From an uncultured Christensenellaceae bacterium (GTDB lineage Bacteria > Bacillota > Clostridia > Christensenellales > CAG-1252): DNA of 33,473 bases. Position numbers and translations under genes: made by a program. The stretch spans positions 1 to 33,473 of the forward strand of contig CAYTUT010000002.1 in assembly GCA_964441295.1 (NCBI GenBank), given 5' to 3'. Below, in pieces: positions 8,481-17,123 of this stretch (the stretch's first letter is position 1; every line of letters starts with the position of its first letter). Below the pieces are notes generated by a model, which made no database searches, had not been told where the DNA came from, and was given only the letters and a program-made list of their open reading frames with translations.

Positions 8481-9527
8481 TTACTTCTTCAATACTGAGC
8501 TGAGCGCCGCCCAAGCGCCGTTGATGTAAGTTGCGCCCAAAGCGCGGTCAAAAAGACCGTAGCCCGGCTTGCCCGCTTCGCCCCATATCATTCTACCATG
8601 GTCCGGACGGATATATCCAGTGAAGTTTTCCTCTACCAGCGCGCGAATTATGCCGATAACATCCAATGAGCCGTATTTTTCATCGTGCGCCGTCTCCTCA
8701 AAGCCGCCCTCAACCAGCTTGATATTGCGTATGTGCATAAAGTGGATTCTGCCCGCTTTTGCATACTTTTTTACCAGCTTGACCATATCGTTATCCGTGC
8801 TTACCCCCAAAGAACCCGTGCAAAAGGTCAAGCCGTTGTTGGGACTGCTGTTAAGCGCCAAAAATCTGTCAATATTTTCTTCATTGGTAATAATCCGCGG
8901 CAGACCAAAGATATCCCAAGGCGGGTCATCAGGGTGTATTGCCATATTGACGCCGTACTCCTCTGCAACGGGTATAACACTATCCAAAAAATATTTGACA
9001 TTGCCGAAAAGCTTATCCTTGTCAATCTTCGCGTACTGCTCGAATAATCTTGCAAGCTCATCCTTCTTGTAGCTGCTGTCCCAGCCGGGCAAAGACAGCT
9101 CGCCGGTCAAAGGATTCATCTTCTCCAACTGCTCCTTGTAATATACCAATGAAGTAGAGCCGTCTTTTGCGACCTTGTCAAGCTGCGTGCGCGTCCAGTC
9201 AAACACGGGCATAAAGTTGTAGCAGATGCACTTGACGCCAGCGGCTCCAAGACGCCTGATATTTTCTCTATACGCATCGATATACCTATCTCTTGACGGC
9301 AGCCCCAGCTTAATATCCTCGTGTACGGGGACGCTCTCAATGACATCCATAACAAGCCCGTTACTCTCAACCTGCTCTTTAAGCCTTTTGATACTTTGCT
9401 CCGGCCATACCTCTCCGACAGGCACACTGTAGACCGCGGTCACAATACTGTGCATGCTGGGTATCTGGCTAATGTATCTTAGGCTTATCGGATCGCTCTC
9501 ACCGTACCAGCGAAATGCCAATTTCAT
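8481..9527 (-). CDS. uxuA: Mannonate dehydratase
   Basis: Begins MKLAFRWYGESDPISL.... It has an FCTGSLG block, is 348 aa long, and overlaps the uxaC stop by ATGA. Confidence 0.9.
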   Translation of the reverse strand: MKLAFRWYGESDPISLRYISQIPSMHSIVTAVYSVPVGEVWPEQSIKRLKEQVESNGLVMDVIESVPVHEDIKLGLPSRDRYIDAYRENIRRLGAAGVKCICYNFMPVFDWTRTQLDKVAKDGSTSLVYYKEQLEKMNPLTGELSLPGWDSSYKKDELARLFEQYAKIDKDKLFGNVKYFLDSVIPVAEEYGVNMAIHPDDPPWDIFGLPRIITNEENIDRFLALNSSPNNGLTFCTGSLGVSTDNDMVKLVKKYAKAGRIHFMHIRNIKLVEGGFEETAHDEKYGSLDVIGIIRALVEENFTGYIRPDHGRMIWGEAGKPGYGLFDRALGATYINGAWAALSSVLKK

Positions 9528-10927
9528 ATATCTGCCCCCTTCAAAAAATAGTTGACTGCGTTATCATAACATATATCCTTGACCAGCTTTTCAAGCATAT
9601 CGGTATCATCAGGATACTCGCCTTTCTCCACCCATTCACCGATTATATCGCAAAGTATTCTGCGAAAATAATCGTGGCGCGCATACGAGGTAAAACTTCT
9701 CGAATCAGTGAGCATGCCGTTGAAGAGCCCCAGACCACCCGTTGAGGCAAGTATCCTAAGCTGCTCCCTTATCCCGTCACGGTGATCCAAGAACCACCAG
9801 GCCGCGCCAAGCTGCATTTTGCCCTTTACCTCTCCCGCAAAATCTCCGGCAAGCGTGGACAAAGGATAATATGAGTTGGGATTGAGAGTATATACAACAG
9901 TCTTAGGGAGTCCGCCCTCGCGCTCGACGCTGTCAAACAGCCGCGCAGCAGCCGTAATATCTATCGCGTTGCCCACGCTGTCAATTCCGGTATCCGCTCC
10001 CAGCGCGCTAAACCTTCTGCTGTTGACATTGCGTATCACGCCGGTATGCAGCTGCATAACCATACCCTTAGCGGCGAACATGGATGCCAATGCCTTAATA
10101 AGCGCGAATTTGTACTCCTCGATGTCGCTCGCTAAGCTTTTTTCTCCCTTCAACGCCGCCTTCAGCGCTCTGTCTGCGGCCGAAGTATCCCCGTGCCCTT
10201 TCGGGAAGTCCTCGATGGCAATATCCGCCGCGACCGCTCCATTAATGCAAAAATAGTCCAATCTTTTGCCCAACGCGCCAAGCAAGCTATCAAAATCCGA
10301 TATGCCGGCATTCGCGCTATCCGCCAGCTTAAAAATATATGCCGCAAAGCCTTCTTTCTCAATATTTACCGCCGCATCCGGCCTGAAGCAAGGCAAAACT
10401 TTGAACGGCAACGGCTCTTTTTGCAACAATAAATGATATTCCAGACTGTCCGACGGGTCGTCTGTGGTAACAACAGCCTTGACCGCCGAGCGCGCAATGA
10501 GTTGCTGCGCGGAAAAGCTCCCGTCCGCCATTATCTTGAGGGTCTTCGACCATATTTTCTCCGCATTATCAGAGCATATCGGCAACGCGATGTCAAAATA
10601 ACGCTTCAGCTCAAGATGCGCCCAATGATACACGGGATTGCCTATGAAGGCGGGTAACGCCTCAGCAAATCTCAAAAATTTTTCTTTAGGCGCGGCGCTT
10701 CCGGTGATATATTGTTCGTCAATACCGAATGCCCGCATAATACGCCACTTGTAATGGTCACCTTCAAGCCACAGCTCGGTTAGGTTGTAAAACACTTTGT
10801 CCTTATATATTTCAAACGGACTCAAGTGGCAATGATAATCAAAAATCGGCATGGAAGCCGCGGTCTTGTATAACTTGCGCGCAGTCAAATTATTCAGCAA
10901 AAAACTATCCGCCATAAATGGAGTCAT
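9524..10927 (-). CDS. uxaC: Glucuronate (uronate) isomerase
   Basis: Begins MTPFMADSFLLNNLTARKLYK...PIFDYHCHL and contains DHYKWR, YHWAHLEL, QLHTG and WWFLDH blocks. The start is set at the ATG at 10927, which has a GAGGTG RBS. Confidence 0.9.
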   Translation of the reverse strand: MTPFMADSFLLNNLTARKLYKTAASMPIFDYHCHLSPFEIYKDKVFYNLTELWLEGDHYKWRIMRAFGIDEQYITGSAAPKEKFLRFAEALPAFIGNPVYHWAHLELKRYFDIALPICSDNAEKIWSKTLKIMADGSFSAQQLIARSAVKAVVTTDDPSDSLEYHLLLQKEPLPFKVLPCFRPDAAVNIEKEGFAAYIFKLADSANAGISDFDSLLGALGKRLDYFCINGAVAADIAIEDFPKGHGDTSAADRALKAALKGEKSLASDIEEYKFALIKALASMFAAKGMVMQLHTGVIRNVNSRRFSALGADTGIDSVGNAIDITAAARLFDSVEREGGLPKTVVYTLNPNSYYPLSTLAGDFAGEVKGKMQLGAAWWFLDHRDGIREQLRILASTGGLGLFNGMLTDSRSFTSYARHDYFRRILCDIIGEWVEKGEYPDDTDMLEKLVKDICYDNAVNYFLKGADI

Positions 10928-10971
10928 ATAGCACCTCATGATAAATTATATCATACATTTTTTTGTCAGTA

Positions 10972-11000
10972 TATATATATTATTGCTAAAAAACTTGTAA
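10972..11000 (-). promoter_or_regulatory. Candidate promoter of the uxaC operon
   Basis: The minus strand reads TTACAA (11000-10995), a 17-nt spacer, then TATATA (10977-10972). A second, closer TGaTATAAT lies at 10945-10953, so the real transcription start is uncertain. Confidence 0.4.
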
Positions 11001-11023
11001 AAATTGCTACGGCATGATACAAT
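10995..11023 (+). promoter_or_regulatory. Candidate promoter of the AraC-family regulator gene
   Basis: TTGTAA (10995-11000), a 17-nt spacer, then TACAAT (11018-11023), with an extended TG at 11015-11016. GGAG at 11061 and the ATG at 11069 follow. Confidence 0.5.
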
Positions 11024-11068
11024 CAATATAATATATTGCCCAAAACTGCAACAAAGACAAGGAGTGAT

Positions 11069-11932
11069 ATGAAAAATTCGCCCGCCCTTGCGCACTGGAA
11101 ATCCTCTCAACTAATGAACAACAACGACTACGAAATCGCTTTCTATAAGGACAAGGATTTTAAGAAGGTCAGTCTGCACAGCCACGATTTTTACGAGCTG
11201 TACTTTTTTATCAACGGCAATGCAAGCTATATTATCGAGGATTCGTATTACACCTTGCAATCGGGGGATATATTGCTGATATCTCCGAGAGATTTGCACC
11301 AGCTGGATATTAATGATGCCAAAGCCACTTATGAGCGCATCGTATTATGGCTCAATCCAAGATACCTCAAAGAGCTTAGCACGCCAAAAACCAATCTTGC
11401 CGAGTGCTTTGAGCTGAGTTATAAATGCAAAAACTACCTTATCAGAGATTATCCGCTATCCGAAACTATCAAAACTGATTTGGAAGAATTGTGCGCATAT
11501 AGCTCTTCCGGTGAATTCGGCGCCGATGTTGCTGCCGAAATCTTAATACGGAGAGTTCTCTTGAGGCTTGCGGTTCACGCTAGGTCCGCCGATTGCGGCA
11601 ATGGTCAGCGCAATCTGTCAGCCGTGTCAAAAACAATGAATTATATTTGCGAAAACATTGACGGTCAGCTCTCGCTCGACAATATCGCCGAAGCGATGTT
11701 TATAAGCAAATTCCATTTGTCACGCATTTTTAAGAAAGAGACAAATACGACGATACACCAGTATATACTCAAAAAAAGACTGATAATGTCAAAGCAGCTT
11801 ATCGAAAAGAAGCTGCCCATAACTGAAGTGTATCAAAAATGCGGCTTTGCCGATTACACGCATTTTTTCCGCGCGTTCAAGCACGAATATGGTATTACGC
11901 CCAAACAGTATCTTAATTTTACACGAAAATAA
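11069..11932 (+). CDS. AraC-family transcriptional regulator (N-terminal cupin sensor plus C-terminal dual HTH)
   Basis: The cupin-like N-terminus reads HSHDFYELYFFINGNASY...GDILLISPRDLH. The C-terminus reads LSLDNIAEAMFISKFHLSRIFKKETN...GFADYTHFFRAFKHEYGITPKQY. The track start at 11036 is a TTG; I prefer the ATG at 11069, which has a GGAG RBS. Confidence 0.9.
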   Translation: MKNSPALAHWKSSQLMNNNDYEIAFYKDKDFKKVSLHSHDFYELYFFINGNASYIIEDSYYTLQSGDILLISPRDLHQLDINDAKATYERIVLWLNPRYLKELSTPKTNLAECFELSYKCKNYLIRDYPLSETIKTDLEELCAYSSSGEFGADVAAEILIRRVLLRLAVHARSADCGNGQRNLSAVSKTMNYICENIDGQLSLDNIAEAMFISKFHLSRIFKKETNTTIHQYILKKRLIMSKQLIEKKLPITEVYQKCGFADYTHFFRAFKHEYGITPKQYLNFTRK

Positions 11933-11943
11933 TACCGTCAGCT

Positions 11944-12579
11944 CTACTCCCTTTTGCCGCAATCGAAGAATAGTATAATCATCCTCACGCCCCTTTCGTC
12001 GGTTTTGTCGCTAAGCGTTTCGAAGCCCATTTTTTGATATATTGTCTTGTTTTTTTCAGTGTTGGTAACGACGATACAATTTTGCCCCTTTGCCGCAAGC
12101 TCTGCAAGCACCGGTCTTATAAGCCTTGCCGCCCGTCCCTCGCCGTGATTGTCCGGATGCACTCCTATTATTGATAATTCTGCCGTGTTTTCGGGGATAT
12201 TCAGTTGTTTTTTGGTCGTATATAACTCGTTGGCCGAATAGTTAATCGCCTTGTATTCTTCACTGCTTGCGCAGAAAAGCAACCTTAACGAAGACAAGGA
12301 CAGACTGCTAAAATAGCTAAGGTAGGACGGTTGCTTGGCACTGTCATGCCAAACGGAAACTTCTCTGAACTCGCCGCCCAGCGTGAGCACACAGCCCTTT
12401 TTGAGGCTGTATCTTATCTCTATCCTTGCAATCTCCCGCATGAAAGTCCTGCGCCTGTCAACATTTTTGATGACAGCGGCGGGAAAGGGGTAGTCCATAA
12501 ATGCCTCTGAGAGAATATCGACAGCCTTTTCGATGTCTTTTTTGTTGAGATGACTGACACTGCTAGATAATATTTCCAT
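11944..12579 (-). CDS. GNAT-family N-acetyltransferase
   Basis: Has an acetyl-CoA-binding block IIGVHPDNHGEGRAARLIRPVL (Q/RxxGxG/A type) followed by YQKMGFE. Confidence 0.7.
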   Translation of the reverse strand: MEILSSSVSHLNKKDIEKAVDILSEAFMDYPFPAAVIKNVDRRRTFMREIARIEIRYSLKKGCVLTLGGEFREVSVWHDSAKQPSYLSYFSSLSLSSLRLLFCASSEEYKAINYSANELYTTKKQLNIPENTAELSIIGVHPDNHGEGRAARLIRPVLAELAAKGQNCIVVTNTEKNKTIYQKMGFETLSDKTDERGVRMIILFFDCGKRE

Positions 12580-12596
12580 ATTTTTCCTTTTTGATT

Positions 12597-12625
12597 ATTT
12601 TAACATAAGCGCAAATATATTGCAA
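12597..12625 (-). promoter_or_regulatory. Candidate promoter of the GNAT gene
   Basis: The minus strand reads TTGCAA (12625-12620), a 17-nt spacer, then TAAAAT (12602-12597), with an extended -10 TGt. An AAGGA RBS and the ATG at 12579 follow. Confidence 0.5.
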
Positions 12626-12642
12626 TGCCGTGCGCCCTAAGC

Positions 12643-12661
12643 AAAAAGGGCTTTTCAGCCC
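12643..12661 (-). terminator. Weak intrinsic terminator after the XRE-membrane gene
   Basis: The minus strand reads GGGCT-gaaa-AGCCC followed by TTTTT. The stem is only 5 bp. Confidence 0.35.
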
Positions 12662-12733
12662 CTCTACTTTGATCACGCTTTCCAAAGCACTATTTTGTTC
12701 GGTTGCGAACAGCCCGCTATTGCCGCTGCCGCC

Positions 12734-13636
12734 TTATTTCTTGGTGTTAGTATTGTTATGTATACCTCCGATAATGGTGCTGACCATACCGCAAAGTATT
12801 CCTCCTATCGGGAAAACTACCCAACTAGGATGCCACATATTGAATACTAAGCCTAGAATCAGAAATGTCGCCGTTGCGAGCAGCATTATCGCGCCGCACA
12901 GCGCTTCGCTGATTGTTTTGCCCTTTGGGGTCATCTTTTGCTCGTCCTCGTCGGACGGTATATTATTAACCTTAATAAAATTGCCCCAGCCAATTCCGCT
13001 AGGTATAATGAAAAGCATTGCAATCGCTACCATACCCAGCAAAGCCGCCACTCCGATAATGTCCCTTGTCAATGCGCTGAGAATTATCAGCAAGGCGGGC
13101 GATAATATGAGGAGCGCGACTCCAGCAGCCAGCAGAGAAGCAAAAAGCATACCCCTTTTTCTCTCTTCCGGGGAAATTTCCACGCTTTCCATTCTTCTCT
13201 TGAGTCCCATGATGATAAACATTACAACAGCGACAGAAACCGATGCTACCAAAACGCTCACCGCAATCGCCGTTGCGAATCTGCCTGCAAGCACATTGTC
13301 CAACACAATGAGCATTATTACACCTATTAGTATCAAGGAAACCCCTAGAGCTATCAGCACGCTCTCTTTAACTGTATGCGGCCTTAGCGCCACAAACTTG
13401 GTTTCCTCTTGTTCGGCGCATGCGCTCTCGGTGTTCCGCTCGCCCTTAAGCAGCTCGTCTATTGTAATATTGAATATCTTGGACAAGGGCAATAGCTGCG
13501 CCGTCTCGGGGTACGACTCTCCGGTCTCCCACTTGGATACCGCCTTGTTGGTAATATCCAGCTTATCCGCAAGCTCCGCCTGCGTCAGCCCCTTTTCTTT
13601 TCGTAATTGATACAAAAACTCTCCGAATTTGTTCAT
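12734..13636 (-). CDS. XRE-family helix-turn-helix protein fused to a polytopic membrane domain
   Basis: The N-terminus FGEFLYQLRKEKGLTQAELADKLDITNKAVSKWETGESYPETAQLLPLSKIFNITIDELL is a classic HTH_3 domain. About 6 hydrophobic helices follow. The RBS is GGAGGAGG. Confidence 0.85.
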   Translation of the reverse strand: MNKFGEFLYQLRKEKGLTQAELADKLDITNKAVSKWETGESYPETAQLLPLSKIFNITIDELLKGERNTESACAEQEETKFVALRPHTVKESVLIALGVSLILIGVIMLIVLDNVLAGRFATAIAVSVLVASVSVAVVMFIIMGLKRRMESVEISPEERKRGMLFASLLAAGVALLILSPALLIILSALTRDIIGVAALLGMVAIAMLFIIPSGIGWGNFIKVNNIPSDEDEQKMTPKGKTISEALCGAIMLLATATFLILGLVFNMWHPSWVVFPIGGILCGMVSTIIGGIHNNTNTKK

Positions 13637-13756
13637 GTTTTTATCCTCCTCCGTTTCGTAATTTCATTGTACCTCACTGCGCAAAATAGTAAAACCACTG
13701 TAGATAGAATGTCCTGAAATCACGATAGAAGTTAGTCTACTTTGGGTAGAATCTAC

Positions 13757-14599
13757 CTAAAATAGACTTTTTTCAAATTTAAGACTGATGTCCATAGCGC
13801 GGACGGTATGCGTTAAGGCGCCTATGGATATCAGATTGACCCCGGTCTCAGCTACGGTAATTAAATCTTTATCACCCATGTTGCCCGATGCCTCGACAAT
13901 AGCTCTGCCGCCCACAATGGCAACAGCTTTTCTCATGTCTTCAATGCTCATATTGTCAAGCATGATAATATCTGCACCCGCACTAAGCGCCTCCTTGAGC
14001 ATATCGAAGTTCTCCACTTCAACCTCGATTTTTAATGTATGGGGCGCTGCTTGGCGTGCTTTTTCTACCGCTTGGGTTATGCCTCCTGCCGCTACAATAT
14101 GGTTGTCCTTAATAAGTACGCCGTCCGAAAGATTGTATCTGTGGTTGCTCCCGCCGCCTGTCTTGACCGCATATTTTTCCAATACTCTTAATCCGGGAGT
14201 GGTTTTGCGCGTGTCGCAGATACTAGCGGATGTTCCCCTCACCGCTTCCACGCAAAGACTTGTTTTGGAGGCAATACCGCTCAATCTCTGCAAAAAATTC
14301 AGCGCCACTCTCTCACCGGTCAGTATGGAGCGCGCGTTGCCGGATATTTCGGCAATGATATTACCTTTTGCAAGCGTAGCGCCGTCCGGATAATTACTGA
14401 TAAAGCTAACGCTATCGTCAATTATCTCGAATACGCGCCGCGCGACATCAATACCGCACAAAACACCCCGTTCTTTAGCAATAAACTTGCCGCTTATAAC
14501 GGCGCTCTCTTCCACAGTCGACATCGTAGTAATATCCCCGGTGCCCACATCCTCTTTAATCGCCTGTCTTATGATATCGTCAATAATAAGTTTTTTCAT
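13757..14599 (-). CDS. nadC: Nicotinate-nucleotide diphosphorylase (carboxylating), quinolinate phosphoribosyltransferase
   Basis: Contains IKEDVGTGDITT, ERVALNFLQRLSGIA, DTRKTTPGLR, HRYNLSD and IMLDNM blocks. Confidence 0.92.
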   Translation of the reverse strand: MKKLIIDDIIRQAIKEDVGTGDITTMSTVEESAVISGKFIAKERGVLCGIDVARRVFEIIDDSVSFISNYPDGATLAKGNIIAEISGNARSILTGERVALNFLQRLSGIASKTSLCVEAVRGTSASICDTRKTTPGLRVLEKYAVKTGGGSNHRYNLSDGVLIKDNHIVAAGGITQAVEKARQAAPHTLKIEVEVENFDMLKEALSAGADIIMLDNMSIEDMRKAVAIVGGRAIVEASGNMGDKDLITVAETGVNLISIGALTHTVRAMDISLKFEKSLF

Positions 14600-14610
14600 G
14601 TTTCACCTTC

Positions 14611-16140
14611 CTAATTTTCTCTGTAGTGAGCGCCAACGCTTTCCTTTCTTGCAAGAGAGGCTTGTAATATTTCCATTGCTACCGTTGCCATGTTGAGAGT
14701 CTCGTATTGCTTGTATCCCGTCAAAACCGAATCACTGAGCGCCGCAAAATATTCTGATACTTCCTGAAGCGCCTCTTGCATCTCTAGAGTATTGCGTACG
14801 ATTCCGCCTTTTTTGGTCATCGTGTCGCGTATTCTCGAACGGAATGTCTGGCAATCCAGCTGCCTCTCATTCTTGTCAGGCAAATCCAGTCTCCCGATAT
14901 GGGGCGCTAGAATATTATTGCCGTTGATGTATTCGGCGCACCTTTTGCCAAACACCAGACATTCAAGCAAAGAATTGCTTGCAAGGCGGTTGGCGCCGTG
15001 CACGCCCGTGCAGGCAGATTCGCCGCAAGCGTACAGATTGGCAATGCTTGTCAGACCGTTGACATCCGTCTTGACACCCCCCATAAAATAATGCTGTACA
15101 GGGAATACCGGGATCCAGTTGACGGCGATATCGATATCTCTCTTAAGGCAATTCTCGTATATTTGGGGAAATCTGTCCTTGAGTACCTCCCTTGGCTTGA
15201 AGGTTATGTCAAGATAGACGCAGGGCAAATCATTCTCGCGCATCTCCTTGACAATCGAGCGTGATACGATATCCCGCGGCGCAAGCTCTGCAAGCTCATG
15301 CGCCCTCAGCATAAAGCGTTCGCCCTTGCGGTTTCTCAAGACAGCACCATTGCCGCGCATTGCCTCGGATATCAAGAAAAAGCGCATATTATCATTAGGA
15401 TATATAAGCGCGGTCGGATGAAACTGTACAAATTCCATATCCTTAAGCGTTGCGCCCGCTCTTTTTGCCGCGGCAATGCCGTCTCCGGTAGAGCATATAG
15501 AATTGGTGCTGTTGCGGTATACGCGCCCGATGCCTCCGGACGCTATTACGGTATGCGCCGCCTCAATAAGAATATTCTTTTCCCCGCTCTTTGCAACAAC
15601 GCCTACCGCAGTATTATTCTCAGTAATAATATCGAGCATGTGCATGTTCTCTATTATCTTGATGTTATGCTTTAAGCGGCAGTTTTCTATCAGCGTTTTG
15701 GTAAGGTGATACCCTGTCGCATCGCCTCCGCAGTGAACAATACGGTTGCAGCTGTGCGCCGCTTCTTTGGTTATGCAAAGATTGTTGTCCGAATCCCTGT
15801 CGAAAGGCACCCCGAGCTTAATGAGGTTCTCGATATTATCAGGGCCTTCCTTGACCAAGACAGTCACGGCTTCGATATCGCACATGCCTGCCCCTGCAAT
15901 ACGCGTGTCATTGATATGTGACTCCCACGTATCTGTAGACAGTCTTATCGCCGCGATACCGCCCTGGGCAAAAATGGAATTGGATTCTTCCAAATCCAGC
16001 TTGCTGAGAATAATAACATTCAGCTTGCTGTCGATATTAAGCGCGGTATACAACCCCGCCGCGCCGGCGCCGACTATCACAACATCGGCCTTTATCGTCT
16101 CTTCTATCCGAAATCCCTTGTGTATCGCGTAACTTCTCAT
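14611..16140 (-). CDS. nadB: L-aspartate oxidase
   Basis: Contains a VVIVGAGAAGL FAD motif, AQGGIAA, HCGGDATG, FVQFHPT and CTGVHGANRLASNSLLE. It overlaps the nadA stop by 4 nt. Confidence 0.92.
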   Translation of the reverse strand: MRSYAIHKGFRIEETIKADVVIVGAGAAGLYTALNIDSKLNVIILSKLDLEESNSIFAQGGIAAIRLSTDTWESHINDTRIAGAGMCDIEAVTVLVKEGPDNIENLIKLGVPFDRDSDNNLCITKEAAHSCNRIVHCGGDATGYHLTKTLIENCRLKHNIKIIENMHMLDIITENNTAVGVVAKSGEKNILIEAAHTVIASGGIGRVYRNSTNSICSTGDGIAAAKRAGATLKDMEFVQFHPTALIYPNDNMRFFLISEAMRGNGAVLRNRKGERFMLRAHELAELAPRDIVSRSIVKEMRENDLPCVYLDITFKPREVLKDRFPQIYENCLKRDIDIAVNWIPVFPVQHYFMGGVKTDVNGLTSIANLYACGESACTGVHGANRLASNSLLECLVFGKRCAEYINGNNILAPHIGRLDLPDKNERQLDCQTFRSRIRDTMTKKGGIVRNTLEMQEALQEVSEYFAALSDSVLTGYKQYETLNMATVAMEILQASLARKESVGAHYREN

Positions 16141-17036
16141 ACAATGTCAAGCATCCTTTTTACAGGCAGCGAGGCCTTTTCGATTACTTCGCTGTCAAAT
16201 TCGATTTTGTGTATTTCTCTGTCCAAACTGTCATATACATGACGGAGGGTGATTTTTTTCATATTGCCGCACCTCATTGCTTTGTGCGCGAGGTAAAATG
16301 TTTTGTTCGGATTTTGCTTCTTTAACTCATACAGTATGCCTTCTTCGGTACCTATTATAAACTCTTTGGCCGAACTCTTGTTGATATACCCGATTATCTG
16401 CGAGGTACTGCCGCAAAAATCCGCAATGTCTATCACCTCTTTCAAGCACTCGGGGTGAACTACTAGCAATGCCTCGGGATGCGCGGCTCTTGCCACTTTT
16501 GCCTTGTCCAACGTGAAGTTGTTGTGCACACAGCAGTGACCGTCCCAAAGGATAATCCTTTTGTCGGTAAATCCGGATACATATGTCCCGAGGTTTTTGT
16601 CAGGCAAAAATATTATTTCATCAGTATTTACAGAATTAACTACCTTGATCGCGTTAGACGAGGTACAGCATATGTCGCTTACCGTCTTGACTATAACCGT
16701 GGAATTGATATATGTTACGACAGCAGCGTCGGGATGCTTTGCCTTGAGCTTAATTATCTCCTCGGGAGTGGCCATGTTTGCCATCGGACAGGTGGCGCTG
16801 GGCTCGGGCAGCAACACAGTTTTGTGAGGGCTAAGCAGTTTGGCGCTGCCTGCCATAAAATCCACACCGCAAAAAACTATTATATCGGCGCTGTTATCCC
16901 TTGCAACGCGGCTCATCTCAAGGCTGTCTCCTACAAAATCCGCTATCGCCTGTATTTCGTCAGGCTGGTAATAATGGGCTATTATTATCGCGTTTTTTTT
17001 TCTTTTCAGACGGTTGATTTCTTCTACAATATTCAT
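16137..17036 (-). CDS. nadA: Quinolinate synthase
   Basis: Contains IIAHYYQ, DFVGDSL, ILFCGV-like (IVFCGVDFMA), CPMA, VTYINS and HPEC blocks. The RBS is GAGGAA. Confidence 0.92.
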   Translation of the reverse strand: MNIVEEINRLKRKKNAIIIAHYYQPDEIQAIADFVGDSLEMSRVARDNSADIIVFCGVDFMAGSAKLLSPHKTVLLPEPSATCPMANMATPEEIIKLKAKHPDAAVVTYINSTVIVKTVSDICCTSSNAIKVVNSVNTDEIIFLPDKNLGTYVSGFTDKRIILWDGHCCVHNNFTLDKAKVARAAHPEALLVVHPECLKEVIDIADFCGSTSQIIGYINKSSAKEFIIGTEEGILYELKKQNPNKTFYLAHKAMRCGNMKKITLRHVYDSLDREIHKIEFDSEVIEKASLPVKRMLDIV

Positions 17037-17065
17037 AATTCCTCGATTGGTGCTTTTGTCAGATA

Positions 17066-17094
17066 ATTATACCAAATCAACATTTCGATGTAAA
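17066..17094 (-). promoter_or_regulatory. Promoter of nadA-nadB-nadC
   Basis: The minus strand reads TTTACA (17094-17089), a 17-nt spacer, then TATAAT (17071-17066), with an extended TGg. This implies a leader of only about 25 nt. Confidence 0.6.
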
Positions 17095-17123
17095 TAGTAT
17101 GCTCATTAACGCCGCCGAATCCT

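Noticed and set aside
12630-13610. A 326-aa plus-strand ORF that fully overlaps the XRE-membrane gene in antisense.
   Set aside because: - The product is low-complexity (S/L/I/P/T-rich) with no recognisable motif or RBS.
- The opposite strand encodes an unmistakable HTH_3 domain with a strong GGAGGAGG RBS.
- A long shadow ORF is expected opposite a gene rich in hydrophobic (GCN/ATN/CTN) codons.
17037-17123. A NAD-responsive riboswitch or NiaR/NadR operator upstream of nadA.
   Set aside because: - The predicted promoter (17066-17094) leaves a leader of only about 25 nt, too short for a riboswitch.
- I see no convincing palindrome overlapping the promoter.
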